64,000 bases of DNA, from positions 62,001 to 126,000 of the forward strand of contig CT868005.1 of the NCBI GenBank assembly GCA_000165425.1, in the 5' to 3' direction. Source of the stretch: Paramecium tetraurelia (Eukaryota). The position numbers and the translations under genes were made by a program. Position 1 is the first letter of the stretch. The number at the start of each line of letters is the position of its first letter. The notes below the pieces were generated by a model. It was given only the letters and a program-made list of their open reading frames with translations. It made no database searches and was not told the DNA's origin. Shown one piece after another: positions 1 to 13,146 of this stretch.

Positions 1-178
1 GAGTGATATTCTTTTTATCGTTCAAATTTTTCTAAATTTTACTCAAATCTTCATGATTAAAGGATTCAAACATCTTCCTCTTAAAACTTGGATTAGCATT
101 CATATACTCCATTAATCTCAACATAGATTCTATGAGGGATTCAATATCCGAATCAGAGTTTTTTTTTAAATTTATCAT
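1..178 (-). CDS. Hypothetical protein, partial (runs off the window start; may have further exons up to ~500)
   Basis: Code-6 open frame MINLKKNSDSDIESLIESMLRLMEYMNANPSFKRKMFESFNHEDLSKIQK...; upstream structure unresolved. Confidence 0.4.
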
Positions 179-699
179 ATTTAATTAAAATATACGATAC
201 TTTCATTATTCTTATAAGAAATGCTAGGTTTAATTACCTATTCATTCTATATATTATGGTTTATTAACTTCACTTACTATTTTGTTCTTGTATACTTTAG
301 TACTTTAATAATGCTTATGATTTCAATCATTTATAGTTACTCTTTGATCTACTGTTATAGATAGTGGGGTAGTTTATTCCTTCATTTTTAGAATCAATCC
401 AAGTTGAAACACTTGAAATAGGTTTACTAACAACTTAGTTTATTGGATTCCTATAAATAGATATATATCTATACGTTAATATAGAATAACTTCATAGTAT
501 TGAAAGATAATTATTTAGAATTAATAATGCGTAGATATATCTTATTAATATGAGTTATTTTATCAAGATTCTTGAATTCAGGAGCAATCAGTTAAACTAA
601 GATATGAAGGAATTTAGAAGCTAATTTAATATTAAAAAATAGAGTTGTGGAAAATGAAAATAAAATATAGTCAATATCTAATCAAAATAAATCAGTGCT

Positions 700-1188
700 T
701 CAATGCTTTCTAAAATTACTGAATTGCACCTGCTTATCAAAACTGACTTTCTTATTTGATTTAATTGATCCTATAGATTATTGATCATTTGATATGTGTT
801 CTGAACTATGATTTCCATTTTTGTGAAGTTTGAGAATGGATTTGGGTTTGAGCAAATCAAAACTGGAACTATTTGGTTCGAATGATATATCATTTTTCAT
901 CCCGCTCTCATTGCATTGAGGTTGTGCAAAGGTCTTTTTAAGCCAAGGATGTTGAGCATTATTATCCATTTCTTCTGATTATTGTGCTGTATATTACATC
1001 TTAGGTTCATCCACTTCGGTCTTCTAGACTTGAGCTAGCAAAGGAGAGTCTTCTCTTTCTATAACGTCGTCAACTACCATAATTTTTGAGACCTTCTCAA
1101 GTTTTACGGTACAGGGAGGACGTTTGATAAAGACTCGAACCTCGTGAATCGAAAGAGTACGCTATTTGGGACAGATGCTAATTCCCAT
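700..1188 (-). CDS. 162-aa intronless protein with an MGxxxC acylation-type N-terminus and C-terminal SILK + RVxF-type motifs
   Basis: ATG 1188 to TGA 700 is open in code 6: MGISICPKQRTLSIHEV...LLKPKSILKLHK...SNKKVSFDKQVQFSNFRKH*. Confidence 0.75.
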
Positions 1189-1235
1189 TTGATCTATATG
1201 ATTTGAATATTAATTATATAATAACACAAGGAGAA

Positions 1236-2813
1236 ATGAATTGTAATTTTTAGCAATATCCTCAATAGAGTACAAGTTGGTTGGCAAAAAAGGAGAAGGA
1301 ACATTTTCAGAAGTGATCAAATCTCAATCATTCAAGACTGGAAATTATGTTGCAATTAAATGCATGAAAAATAAATTCACATCCATTGAACAAGTAAGTC
1401 ATACTGATTAAGTGTAGGTTAATCATTTGAGAGAGATACAGGCACTAAGAAAGCTGAGTCCTCATGATCACATTATCAAGTTGATCGAAGTTCTATAGTA
1501 TGAAAATCACATAAATTTAATTTAGTGACGAACCCACAGGACGATTGGCTTTGGTGTTTGAGTTGATGGAATAGAATTTGTATGAACATATTAAAGGTAT
1601 TATTATCAACATTTCAAATAGGGAGAAGATAACCTTTGAATCCTTAAAAAGTTAAATCATTTATGTACTAACTGCTAAAATCTATTGGACATATGCACAA
1701 AAATGGCATCTTTCACAGAGACGTTAAACCGTAATCAATATTCAAATTATTAGTGAAAACATTCTACTAAACGCAGACCATCTCAAACTTGCCGATTTCG
1801 GATCGTGCAAAGGAATCTACTCCAAACATCCTTATACTGAGTATTACTATCAATTCTATCTCTCACTCTAGATATATCTCTACTAGATGGTACAGAGCCC
1901 CTGAATGCTTATTGACAGATGGCTATTATGATCATAAAATGGATCTCTGGGGAGTAGGATGTGTCATGTTTGAAATCATAGCCTTATTTCCACTCTTCCC
2001 AGGAACCAACGAACTAGATCAAGTAAACAAAATACACAACATATTGGGAACTCCCAGTCAGAAGGTTTTCGATAGATTTAGAAAGTTAAATCTATTTACT
2101 ATTTTAGACAAGCGACTCATATGGAAATCAATTTCCCACCTAAGCATGGCAGTGGTATCGATAGGTTACTGCAAGGATAAAGCAAGGAATGCATTGATTT
2201 AATTAAACTACTATTGATTTATGACCCAGAAGAGAGAATCAACGCTTAATAAGCGTTAAGACATGAATATTTTAGAGAGTTATATGAGGCTGATCCTTAA
2301 TTGTATGGCTAGCATACTATCAGAATATCCAATCAAAAAGAGTATTATGATCACCATTTTCATTATTTAGAAATGACAACTCTTTGGAAAAGAGCCAAAG
2401 AATAGATGAAAACAAATAGTAACCCTAATAGAATGTCAAGAAAACCAAAAATTACTATGCAAAATCTTAAAAGTAATCAGGAGTAATTAATATCTTTATT
2501 GTCAACAGTTACCCTCCTTGCAATTCGATTTGAAAGTTGAGAGTATTTATAAAAATACTTAACATCATGACAGTGATGATGATCTCGAGAAATAGTCATC
2601 TAATAAATAGATGATGCTGCCTCAGATTCCCAAATCGAAAAAATATGATCCTAAAAAAATATATGGCAAATAATAATATGGGTCATCATAAAATTAGCCA
2701 TATTAGTTTAATCCCAAAGGTTAGAATTTTCTGGTATTTAAGTAGGTAAAAAAGTGACTCATGGTTTGCAAGGTGAATATATAGTTTTTGGAAAGAAAAC
2801 AATGAATTAATGA
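1236..2813 (+). CDS. MOK: MOK/RAGE (RCK-family) Ser/Thr kinase, multi-intron
   Basis: Spliced translation MNQYKLVGKKGEGTFSEV...VAIKCMK...LREIQALRKLSPH...FHRDVKPENILL...[37 protein letters not shown], including the MOK-type TEY activation loop. Confidence 0.93.
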
Positions 2814-2954
2814 TATATTTCAAGTGTTTTTAGTTGACTGACCATAATATATATAATAAATTAGAATTTCACTAACGAAACCAATTCAATTAACTAATTA
2901 GAATCTATTAACACGATTTTTATTTTATTTCTATCAACACAAATATAGAATTTA

Positions 2955-4700
2955 TCATTAATTTTTTTACTCATCCTCTACTTCATAAATTGCTTAATGT
3001 TAAGTATAGTTTTTATAAGTAAACTTTCTTTTTAATGTTTAGTTCTATACAAGTTTGGGACTATTGTTGATTATTAATGTTGGATGTTATCTTGCAGAAT
3101 CTGGTGAACAAGTGTCAGGTGATTGTTGATCGAATTCTTAAGTAGAAAATTTCTTAAATGCACTCTTCTTTGGATTTTCAGTTGGTGAACCATCAGCTAA
3201 TGCTAAATTTTTACGTTTAGCATGTTAGGCTAATCTTGGACTATTCATCACAGGAACTTTAATTTTAATCTTTTCGTCTTCCACTTCATCTTCGTCTCTT
3301 TATCTCGATTTCTATTTGATTTCTGGTAATTATAATTTATCTGATTTTTCCATTCGAAATGTTGAAGTTTACCATAACTTGCTTTGTCCTTAACCTTTTT
3401 TCTATGATTAGAACTTCAATTTTCTATCAGTAAAACCTCCCTAAAAGAATGGATGTTCTAAAGCCTATTAGGCAGTAATTCTCTATTTTGGATCAATTTA
3501 TAACATCGATTAAATTAGTTCCATGGCTGCTTAAGGTGTTCTGTAAATGCTAAGATTATCTAAATTGATAATGCATTTCTTGTTCAACTTCAAGATTTCA
3601 TGATAATCATTTCCTGGAAACAAATCCTTTTAAGTGATTCTAATTATTTTAGACATGAAATCAATACAATTTGTAGAAAATGCATCCAACACTAAATATA
3701 TCACAAATCTTATCATATCTAAAATTCATGTCGTTAAGATTTGCTATTTCAGGTGCAACATATCCAGGAGTTCCACATTTAGGAAATGGGTAGGTTGTTA
3801 CCTGAGTGGATGTTGCCAATCCAAAATCTACAATTCTTAATCCTGCAATTTGATTGGCTTCTTTAAACATGATATTTTCAGGTTTCAAATCTCGATGCAT
3901 TATGTCCAATTAATGCATTCTTGCAACTCCAGTCAATATTTACTAAATAATTAGGGAGACTCAAATACCCAGAGGATTGATTTGATTTAGTCCCAACTTA
4001 GTTGTGTTATTTAACCTTTACTTATGAGGTCGTGCAATGAATTACCTTTGAGATGTTCTAGAATAAGATAAAACGTATTTTCTCCTTCATAGACTTCCTC
4101 CAATTTAACAACTGAGTCGTGATCCAATGTGGCCATCAAATTTATCTCATTGAACAAGGCTTGCTAACGATAAAGTACAAAATTATTACAAATCCTCCAT
4201 CTTCTTTCAAATATCGTTTTTCAACACATTTTGATGCGAAATCTTGCTTGTTGTCCTTGTCTAACACGAGGTACACCTTTTATAGTTGCAAAATGCTTAC
4301 TTTAGAGGATCCACCCTTCCCTAATAATTTCATTGGTTAATAGAAATCACTCACATCCTTAAACATGACTCTATTTCTGAGATGAGATTTCAATTTCCGA
4401 AGTTCCTCATCTTTAGCCACGAAATATTTGACTGACCCCTTGTATTCAAACCCAAATTAAGATAGTTGTCTGTCCTTTTCAATGCTCCAGAAAATCTTAG
4501 TTTCTAAATTCAATTGCAATTAGTATTTAGGCTATTATGACTCAAGTTCCTTCGGAATTAACATCTATAGGTACATTAGTAAGAATCATTGTGTCATCAA
4601 TGATATACAAAAAGTAAGTGATATCCTTTAGTAAATGCTTCCTCTGGCAAATTGTATGGAAAGTGGCTGAATCATAATTGATTTGTGTCTTGTTTAACAT
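2955..4700 (-). CDS. CAMK-like Ser/Thr kinase with a PH-like N-terminal extension (ciliate-expanded type)
   Basis: [57 protein letters not shown]; several 24-26 nt introns; start codon less certain. Confidence 0.88.
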
Positions 4701-4888
4701 CCAAAATGTAAATATTAGATAAAAATATTTTTAAAAATAGCCTGTTTAATGGAATGAGCATAAATAATAAATCAGTATTCCTATAATATCTTAATATTGC
4801 TTATGTTCAAAGACAAAAAACGAAGATCAGATAAAAGTAGTAAATGCAAATCTCTTATATATTATTTAAAATAAAATTATTAGATATT

Positions 4889-7045
4889 TCAGAATTCTTC
4901 ATCAGATAATACGTCATTAGTATGAAAATACGATTTTGATATTTGAGTTTGCATTATGCCAATTTTAATGTCCATATCCCGTATGTCATTCTATCATAAT
5001 GATTTAAATTAATACCCTCAATTGATTGATCAGTTATTTTTGCTTAGATCTATTGTCTTCCAAAACTGGTGTTCTTTCCTTTACATCTAATAACTATTGA
5101 TTTAATTGTTGGTCGATTTCTAACTTCTCACTGTTCCCCTTATTCAATTATGAAATTTATAATTATAAATCTGATATTTTATTCCTGTTTTATTTTAAGG
5201 TTATTTAAATATCTTCTGGTATTGACTCTGTAACTTTGGTTTCTAATTTAGGTATCAATTCTAAATAATCAATCCACTATTATTAAATTTGTTAGACTTC
5301 ATTTGATTTCAAGTGTTCAGAGAGAAGAGACAATTGCTTAAATTATAAATGGAATTACTTTGGAACATTTGGAAATGGACATGATTGTTCTCTCATAATC
5401 CTTTAAATAAAGTTTATTCACTTTAAGATTAGCTTCGAATTTAGAAAACTCTTTTTCAACTCTATTGAACTCCTTAGTCCATTCATTGATTGCAACTTTG
5501 GTTTCAATGACTTATCGATCTTGAGGTACTTGATTGTAATCAGTTTGTTCATTATTATATTTCTTATGATAAAATAGAATACTCTAAGTCAACTCATCTT
5601 ATTCAACTTCCTCATTTTCATTTTCTTCTTCTTAAATTTCAACAAGATCCTCATCATCTATTTTGTTAACCTAAATTACAGAGCTTTCCATATCCTTACC
5701 AAAATTAGGAGATTCAAACTTGAAATTCACTCTAATCAACTCTCTATTTAGTAAATCATTTAAAATGAAACAAACCATGTCTCCACATCCTTAAGAAATA
5801 TGAGGAGACCCCAATTATTCAGGTAATTTTATACCCCATGCTTTGATATCAATAAGTAATTTTCTGGCAGTTTCTTCAACATTATGATAATTGAGTTTGA
5901 TTGGTTGAGCCATTTTACTCTTTTTTTACTTGGGCAAACTCATTAGCCAGTAGCATAACTCAACAAAGTAATAGAACCTTTGATTCTGATTAACATTTTC
6001 ATCTAAAGAGAAATAATATTTTGAAACTGGTTTCTTTTTCAATGGAATACAGAAATATTCATGATATTGAACCAATGACAATTTTTCATAGATATCCTTT
6101 ACAATTACAATGATTTTATTACTTCCATCATCAAAACATTGATTATCTGTGGAGTCTTCTTGGAATCAAGAAAGGTATTGTGGATTTCCTTTGACTTCTA
6201 CAGAACTGTGCTTGCATCAAGTCTTTTTTGGGGATCAACTACAATCATGCCTTCTATGACATCCCTCAATTATTGGCTGTATCGATTAGAAACTGGTTTA
6301 AATTCCCCTTTGGTGATATTATTAAACAAATCCATGAGAGACATCTTCTCGCTTTATTTGAAGGGACTCTTGAACTCTGCCATCTCATATGCAATGCATC
6401 CCAATGACCAGATATCTGATTTCATATCATACCCTTCGCCATGAAGGAGCTCTTCCTTTTTAATGATAATTTACCTCAGGTGACATATATAATGGTGTTC
6501 CTACTTTGGAGTAAGCCTCGATTGTCTCTGATGAAAATATACGACCCAAACCCAAATCTCCAACCTTCAATGAACCATCTCCTCCTATAAATATATTGGC
6601 TGGTTTCAAATCTCTGTGCATTATCCTCTTTTCATGCATATGGTCCAATGCACTTGCTATTTGCAATATGTAATTCCACAATTACACCTCTTCGAATGGA
6701 GTGTCATCAGATTATGCATTTTTGATTAGTTTTTTCAAATCTCCCCTCTCCGCCCACTCTGTAGCTATAATCAATTCATTGTTGTAAATGAACGAATCCA
6801 AGTACTTTATAATGTTTGGATGATCCAAGGGTTGCATGAGCTTCACCTCCTTCAAACATTTCTCCCTTTGTTTTGGATCCATCATATCAAAAATCTAACA
6901 TAAATTCACAAATCACTTTAATCTTCTTTAATGCAACCACATTCCCTTCCTTGTTCATCGCCTTGTACACAGTCGAGAATTTCCCCTCCCCTATCGCTTT
7001 CTGGACCTTGTATCCATTTATTTCCTGATCGATAAATTGAGACAT
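4889..7045 (-). CDS. NEK6/7-like NIMA kinase fused to a C-terminal IFT57/HIPPI-like domain
   Basis: Kinase motifs [69 protein letters not shown]. It continues in frame into [13 protein letters not shown]...KPVSKYYF...[13 protein letters not shown]...[14 protein letters not shown]...[11 protein letters not shown]...[15 protein letters not shown] at 4889. Confidence 0.88.
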
Positions 7046-7054
7046 TAATTAATC

Positions 7055-9408
7055 ATGTTAAATACAAAACTAACTAAACTCATCGATTCAAAAGCAGATT
7101 AAGTCAGCACATCAATTAAGTCAGCCCAAAACACATTCCAAAATCACTCATCCCAATTAACCAACCAAATTGCAGAAGCCAACCAAACCATGAAAGTTGC
7201 TGCTCCTATCCTCAAAATGGTGGGTATTACTCTAATCCTAAATCTCATAAGGACATTCAGAGGCAACACAAATTGCCAAAGGATTAGATTTGGCCTAGAA
7301 GAACCTCGTTCCCATTCTGGATTAGACCAATAAGGTTGTACAAAAGAGCACAGACATCGCCAATTCTTAAATTTAAAAGGCATAGAACTTGGCCAATTAA
7401 TAAATTCAAAAAGTCAATGTAAGTGTATCATTAATACTAAAGGAGGCAGTTGGATCGCAATTGGAATAGGGTCAATAGATTATTAAGCAATAATACGAAA
7501 AAGGCATGGAAGCTATTAAAGAGAATTAAAATGTTTAAACTATTGCAGCTAAAGGTGCAGCTATAGGAATGGCGATCAATTAAATGATGGATACTCCAAC
7601 AGATGATGGATTTGGAAAGATGAATTAACAATTGGACAACACTTAACAAAAATAAAATTAAGAATAATAATCTCAATAGAATAGAAATGTAATACCCACT
7701 TAAGCCACCATTAATGCAGATTTCAATAAGCAACAATAAAAACTAGAATCGAACTCTTTCCAAAACACAATTAAACAATACATTAAAAAAATTACAGGTA
7801 AATAAGTCAATTCAAGAATTGAATATTTATGTCTTATCTTGTAGAAACTAAAGGAGAATATTGACATAAATTATCTATAACAATCTAAGGAGGCATTAAA
7901 AAATGAAATTTGGAAGGCGGCTTATCAAGAAAGAAGAATCTAAAGTCATTAAATATTTGTTTAATATATGACTAAGATGGTCGAATTTATTTTTGAATAT
8001 TTAACAATAGTTGAAACTGTATTCTAGCAAATCAAAATGAGATACAAATCATCCAATAACTCATTTGAAATGATGCAGACTTATTTGAATAATCTATCGA
8101 TACAATTAGACTACTTTGGCACATATTCTTATGTTTAACCAAACTAAAAATTATTGAGCAGACTATTCACAAATCAAACTCAAAAATAAGAAAAATCAAA
8201 GAAGAATAAAAATAAATAATCTCATCAATCTAGTAACTAAAATATCAATGGGAACACTTAGGACTAACCATAGGAAGACAAAGATATTATTTAATAATAA
8301 TACCATTTAGACTTATGCTAAAACTTTAGTAATCTTGAGAGTGAGTATCAATAGCATATTTAAAATATCTAAATATTGAAGAACAATTTGAAAGGGGATA
8401 TTAAAGAGAAATTAATTATGTGTTAATAAATGGACAAATAAAAGATATCTGATTATTTGATGCAAGTTTAAGGATAACGAAACATAACCTTCGAAGCTGT
8501 CGAACAATTCTATAAGAGTTTCATTCAATACGAGCAGATCTATGCTTAGAATGTAGATGCAGCCTTTCAGGGATAACAACAAATGAAGGATATCTATGAT
8601 GAAGAATACAAAATGCATTGTAAATAGATTGATTAAATTTAGATTACTTCAAGTCCCTGGTAACATAATAGCAATAGTTCGGTGTATTTACTACATACAT
8701 TCTCAAAGAAATATCTGAATTTGAATTAAACAGAATAGAATTCGTATAGAAATTATTCACTTAATTAAATACAGAATTAGGAAAGTATTTTCAATTTCCA
8801 AACTAGAAATCAATTAATTTTGCTAATCCTCTAATATTATAATAAGCAAAAACAGCTTTTAACATTAATTAAATATTAACACCAGAATAGCTAGTGGTGA
8901 TCAAGAAATACTCAGGTATCCCATTATAGAAGGAAATATCAACGGAGATATATCATGCCTTTGCTTCAAATTTTACAGGTACTTAATAATCATAATCTTT
9001 AGTACCCTCTCCTGATTATCTATTGTAATAATCTCCTTTGATTCTCAAGAAGTATAGTGTTCAAAGGGATGTTGCTTGGGAAAGATCGTTAAGTTTTGGC
9101 AAAGATTTTATACCCACAAATTTCATAATTTCAGTGGATGGGTTCCTGTTATTTTATGACACTGATTGGAAAGAACAAAATATAGATGAACCTCTATAAT
9201 GTCATAATTTTATGGTCATTAATGATGTATGAAATGCAATATCATTTAATAGTTAGGAATTAAGGAAAGCTAAAGTGATGAGACACTGATAGAGTTGAAA
9301 GTGAAGAAGCACGGGAAACTGTTTGATACGCATAAGAAATAAATTTTGAAGATGAATGATGTGATGGAGAAGGAATCATTAAAAATATTACTAAATCAAT
9401 TCAAATGA
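7055..9408 (+). CDS. Coiled-coil protein with a probable C-terminal PH-like domain (BAR-PH-like architecture)
   Basis: Long code-6 ORF with 5 small introns; helical Gln-rich middle; C-terminal KKYSVQRDVAWERSLSFGKDFIPTNFIISVDGFLLFYD...IELKVKKHGKLFDTHKKQILKM resembles PH strands. Domain calls are by eye. Confidence 0.7.
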
Positions 9409-9458
9409 GATATTTTAAAATAATTAATACTATCTAATAAAAGTTGAATAAAAGACCA

Positions 9459-10810
9459 TCATTATCTTGATAAAATATACTAAGCATTTGTTGGTTAATT
9501 AACATATTGGTTATATTGAACTTATTGGGACTACTCCAAATTGAAGTTTTGATTATAATAGTTAGATAAATTATCTTGACTAAATGCCATTTAAGATGCA
9601 TTCTATTTTCTTTCAAATTATTAGAGTAAATCTTATTGTTGATATTGAGAAGTTTGTTCATTTGGACTTTTGTAATTTTTAGATTTCATTTGGATTGGAG
9701 TTAACGCTTAAATGCTTTGATCAGGATGTTATTAAAACTAGGATTAAGTTTAGGGTGGTTAAAAACTCAAAAGTAAAGTCTTATTTTAAGTCGGCTATTT
9801 ATTGGTAGGAGGTCCATTAATCTCTTTATTTAAAGGTAGATTAATTTGGGTATTAGTTTTAAGGAATAAACTCTTATTAAATATTGTGTCCTTTTTAAGT
9901 AGAATTTAACTTAATTTTATGTTCTTCTGGTTTGAAAACGAAATCATTTCCATCGTTGACTTAATCCTTACCCAACAACTAATCCAATTGTTAGTCATGA
10001 TTGAGAACATATTCTTGAAATCCATCTCTTGGTGGTTACATCTCCTTAATTAATTCTTTGCTTGGGAAGATAGCATCGCTGAATTCATCCTTTTACAAGA
10101 TCTAGTCCTCATTCCTATTGAATCTCTTTAGAAACATGTTGTATTCCTATTATGTCAATGATTATATTTCGTATTTATTTAACAATTAATCCAAACATCG
10201 TTTATCGATAACAGGCAAATTACCTGCAACATACTTAAATACTGTTGTGAACTTCCATTCAACTAATTGGGCTAAATTCATCTTCTCTATTTCAATTGTT
10301 CTTAAATAATCGATCTCCTTAAATATCAACTTAGCCACAAACTCTTCTAAATAAAATGACAGTTTGTCTATAAGATTATTAATTATTCATTGATACATTT
10401 CCCTGTTTCTGAATACAACTTTCTGACTATACATTGCATAGCTGCATCTCTATCATATCTAGGAACAATAAATTCGAGAAATAATTGGTATCTTAATTTG
10501 TCATCTCCTTTACTCCATGTGAAGATCCAGAAGTCACAAAACTTTTAGTGGACACTGCATCCATTCTTACACATAAATCGAAAGATGTCCTAAGAAGTTA
10601 TATATCCTTTCATGTTTGAATCGATTGCTCTAAATGCATCACTGATGTCAAATCTTATGTTTTCTGCTAATGTTATTTTCAATTCCTCAACCTAATATTA
10701 ATCAAATTATAGACTTCTCTCTCAGTGATTAAAATAGTTCGAATAATCGTTATCAACTTTTCACCTATTTTCCTTTGCTGCTCATTCTCTGTGACAGTTG
10801 GGCTTAACAT
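9459..10810 (-). CDS. EF-hand domain protein with a low-complexity C-terminus
   Basis: MLSPTVTENEQQRKIGEKL...EREVEELKITLAENIRFDISDAFRAIDSNMKGYITSQDIFRFM; TGA at 9459. Confidence 0.8.
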
Positions 10811-10959
10811 TTATTTTCTGTGAGTTATTAATTTAATATAGAAATATAAAATTCATCCAATTTCATACTATTTCTATATTATATTATAAAATCATTTCAA
10901 TACTATATATTAGCCTATGCTTAATAAATCCATTAAATTAATAAATTTTAATTAGAAAT

Positions 10960-11158
10960 ATGGATAAATTGAGCAAGAAATTAGATAAATTCTACACTCA
11001 AGTTCATAATCAAAAAAAGGCAATCAGAAGCCATTCCAAGGAGTTTGATGATCTATCGGATACTTCCATTGATATTCAAATGTGCGTATAAGTTCCATTA
11101 TTTTAGAAATCATAAGAAATAAGAAAAAAATACAATGACCAATTTAAAAGAAGATTGA
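10960..11158 (+). CDS. Small hypothetical protein (~57 aa, one 25-nt intron)
   Basis: MDKLSKKLDKFYTQVHNQKKAIRSHSKEFDDLSDTSIDIQI|NHKKQEKNTMTNLKED*, flanked by AT-rich spacers. Confidence 0.45.
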
Positions 11159-11918
11159 TGATAATTATTATTCATTCATATCAATATATTTTAAATATAC
11201 TTTAAAATCAAGTAAAATCCTATTCTCCACTATTGAACTTGTGGTTCATTACACTAAAACAATAAAAAAGAAATTACCATCTATGAACTGATAAATAAAT
11301 AGAAATACTTAGAATTATCCTTAATTTGCTATTTACAATAATTTAAATGATCAATTAGGCTTCTCAATTTAATTTCAATTCAATTGATCTATTTCATTTA
11401 TTAATTAATTGTTGGACCTTCATTGTTCTGATATTACAAACAAGATACATTATAATTTCGTTTATAATATAAAACTCACTCTTTTATATTAATCAAAATG
11501 AAAATGAACTTTATGATGCAATGAGATTTCTTAGTAATATTAATTTATTACAATTGTAATTAATAACTAACTGGATTGTTGAGATTTAACACTTAAAAAT
11601 TTAATCTCCTCATAAACTTGAGAGGTTATCTTTAATCCATTCCCTAGTGCTATTAAGAAATAATTAAGAGTTACTACCATTCTCAATTTTTATGAAGTAA
11701 ACATTGAAGACTATAACATAAAATTATAAAAATAAATAATACTGATTTTATTTATTTTATCTTGGATTTGGCAATTTATCTAGCTTAAATTTAACCGAAG
11801 TGATTGTAAATTTTTAGATGAATGATTCTATGAGAAACATGATATATTGATATTAATTTTATTAAGACAAATATGAATATTAATTTTATTTAAATAATAA
11901 ACTTGAGGGATGAATTAT

Positions 11919-13100
11919 TCACTCCAGACATCTAAATCCATCTTGAGGTATAAAATGAATAAATGTAATGCTGTTAGGCAATTAGTATTAGTCATCAAAC
12001 TTAAGTAGATGCTGAGGCTGAACCACTTTCTCAACTGGATTTGGATCTGGATTGACTGCCATTTTGGAACATGATAAAGAAGGCGTTTTCATAGGATAAA
12101 GTTCTGATATTACTTAATCCTCTTCTGGTAAAATTTTGCTGAACTTTTGACTTGCTACTTAGGAATTGTTTATATAAGATTCACATCTGCACTATTCATC
12201 TCTTGGTAATTCTTTTGTAATGATCTCACTCTAAACGAAATCGTTTGATAGTTTTGAACCTATATTTGAATTGGTTTTTAGTAGATTATAATCAAATATG
12301 TTGATATTTTATGATTTGTGAATTTCCTCGTACAATTACCTCAATTAGTCAATTGGACAAACATGCCATTAAGCCTACAATATTCATTTTTGTACATGAT
12401 TCTCAAAATAACTCAAATTCTTTTTTTCTATCTTAACCATATAATGGAAATACATCTATAAACTCGTTTCACATGTTTCAGTGCACATTAATCCAATATT
12501 TGACTTATTATTAATTAACTCAACCTATTTTATTGCAGTAAAATACTTGCATGCTCTATAATGCTTTTTCGTCTTGAATCACTTATTATATTTTAATTCC
12601 ACTTTAATTTTTGAGGACTAAGGATGATGTTCCAAAATAAAAAATAACTTTGATGCTATTTCTCTTTACCGTTTCTATCAATTATTAATGTTCTTAAAGC
12701 TATGTGGGAAGTCGTAATATATACAGATTAACTGTAAGATCATTGTGTTATATTTTTTCTTAAAGGAAAATTGTACTTGAATTCATTAATTATATTATAA
12801 TAATTTAGATATACTGCTCATTAGAATTAGAAAATGAGATAACAGAGTTGAATTATCCAGGAATCTTGATGAATTGTGGAATAAACAAAGGTAGTAACCT
12901 AAATGTATATCTGCTTAGAGAGTTCTAAACAGTATATTAGAAAAGTTTAACTTAAAATATAAGACTCTACCATTTAGTATTCATCCTTCCTTCGTTATCT
13001 TCCCTCATATTTAGTTCTACGCTTTTTGCAATCCATAATTTTCTAATGAAATTTTAAGCCTAATCCTCTACAAGAAATAGAATAATATGAATTATATTGA
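11919..13100 (-). pseudogene. Probable decayed coding sequence (possibly a TLDc-like or other remnant)
   Basis: Coding-like segments in shifting frames (EDQAQNFIRKLWIAKSV..., GLMCTETCETSL, ...HLLKFDDQYQLPNSITFIHFIPQDGFRCLE*), interrupted by TGAs I could not remove with canonical introns. Confidence 0.3.
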
Positions 13101-13146
13101 ATTAATGCATTTTTGTGGTGTATAAAAATGAAAGTTATTTAAAATT

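Noticed and set aside
6452..6476. Alternative in-frame 3' splice site in a NEK intron (19 vs 25 nt)
   Set aside because: The 25-nt intron fits both the typical intron size and the kinase alignment; no evidence for use of the other site.
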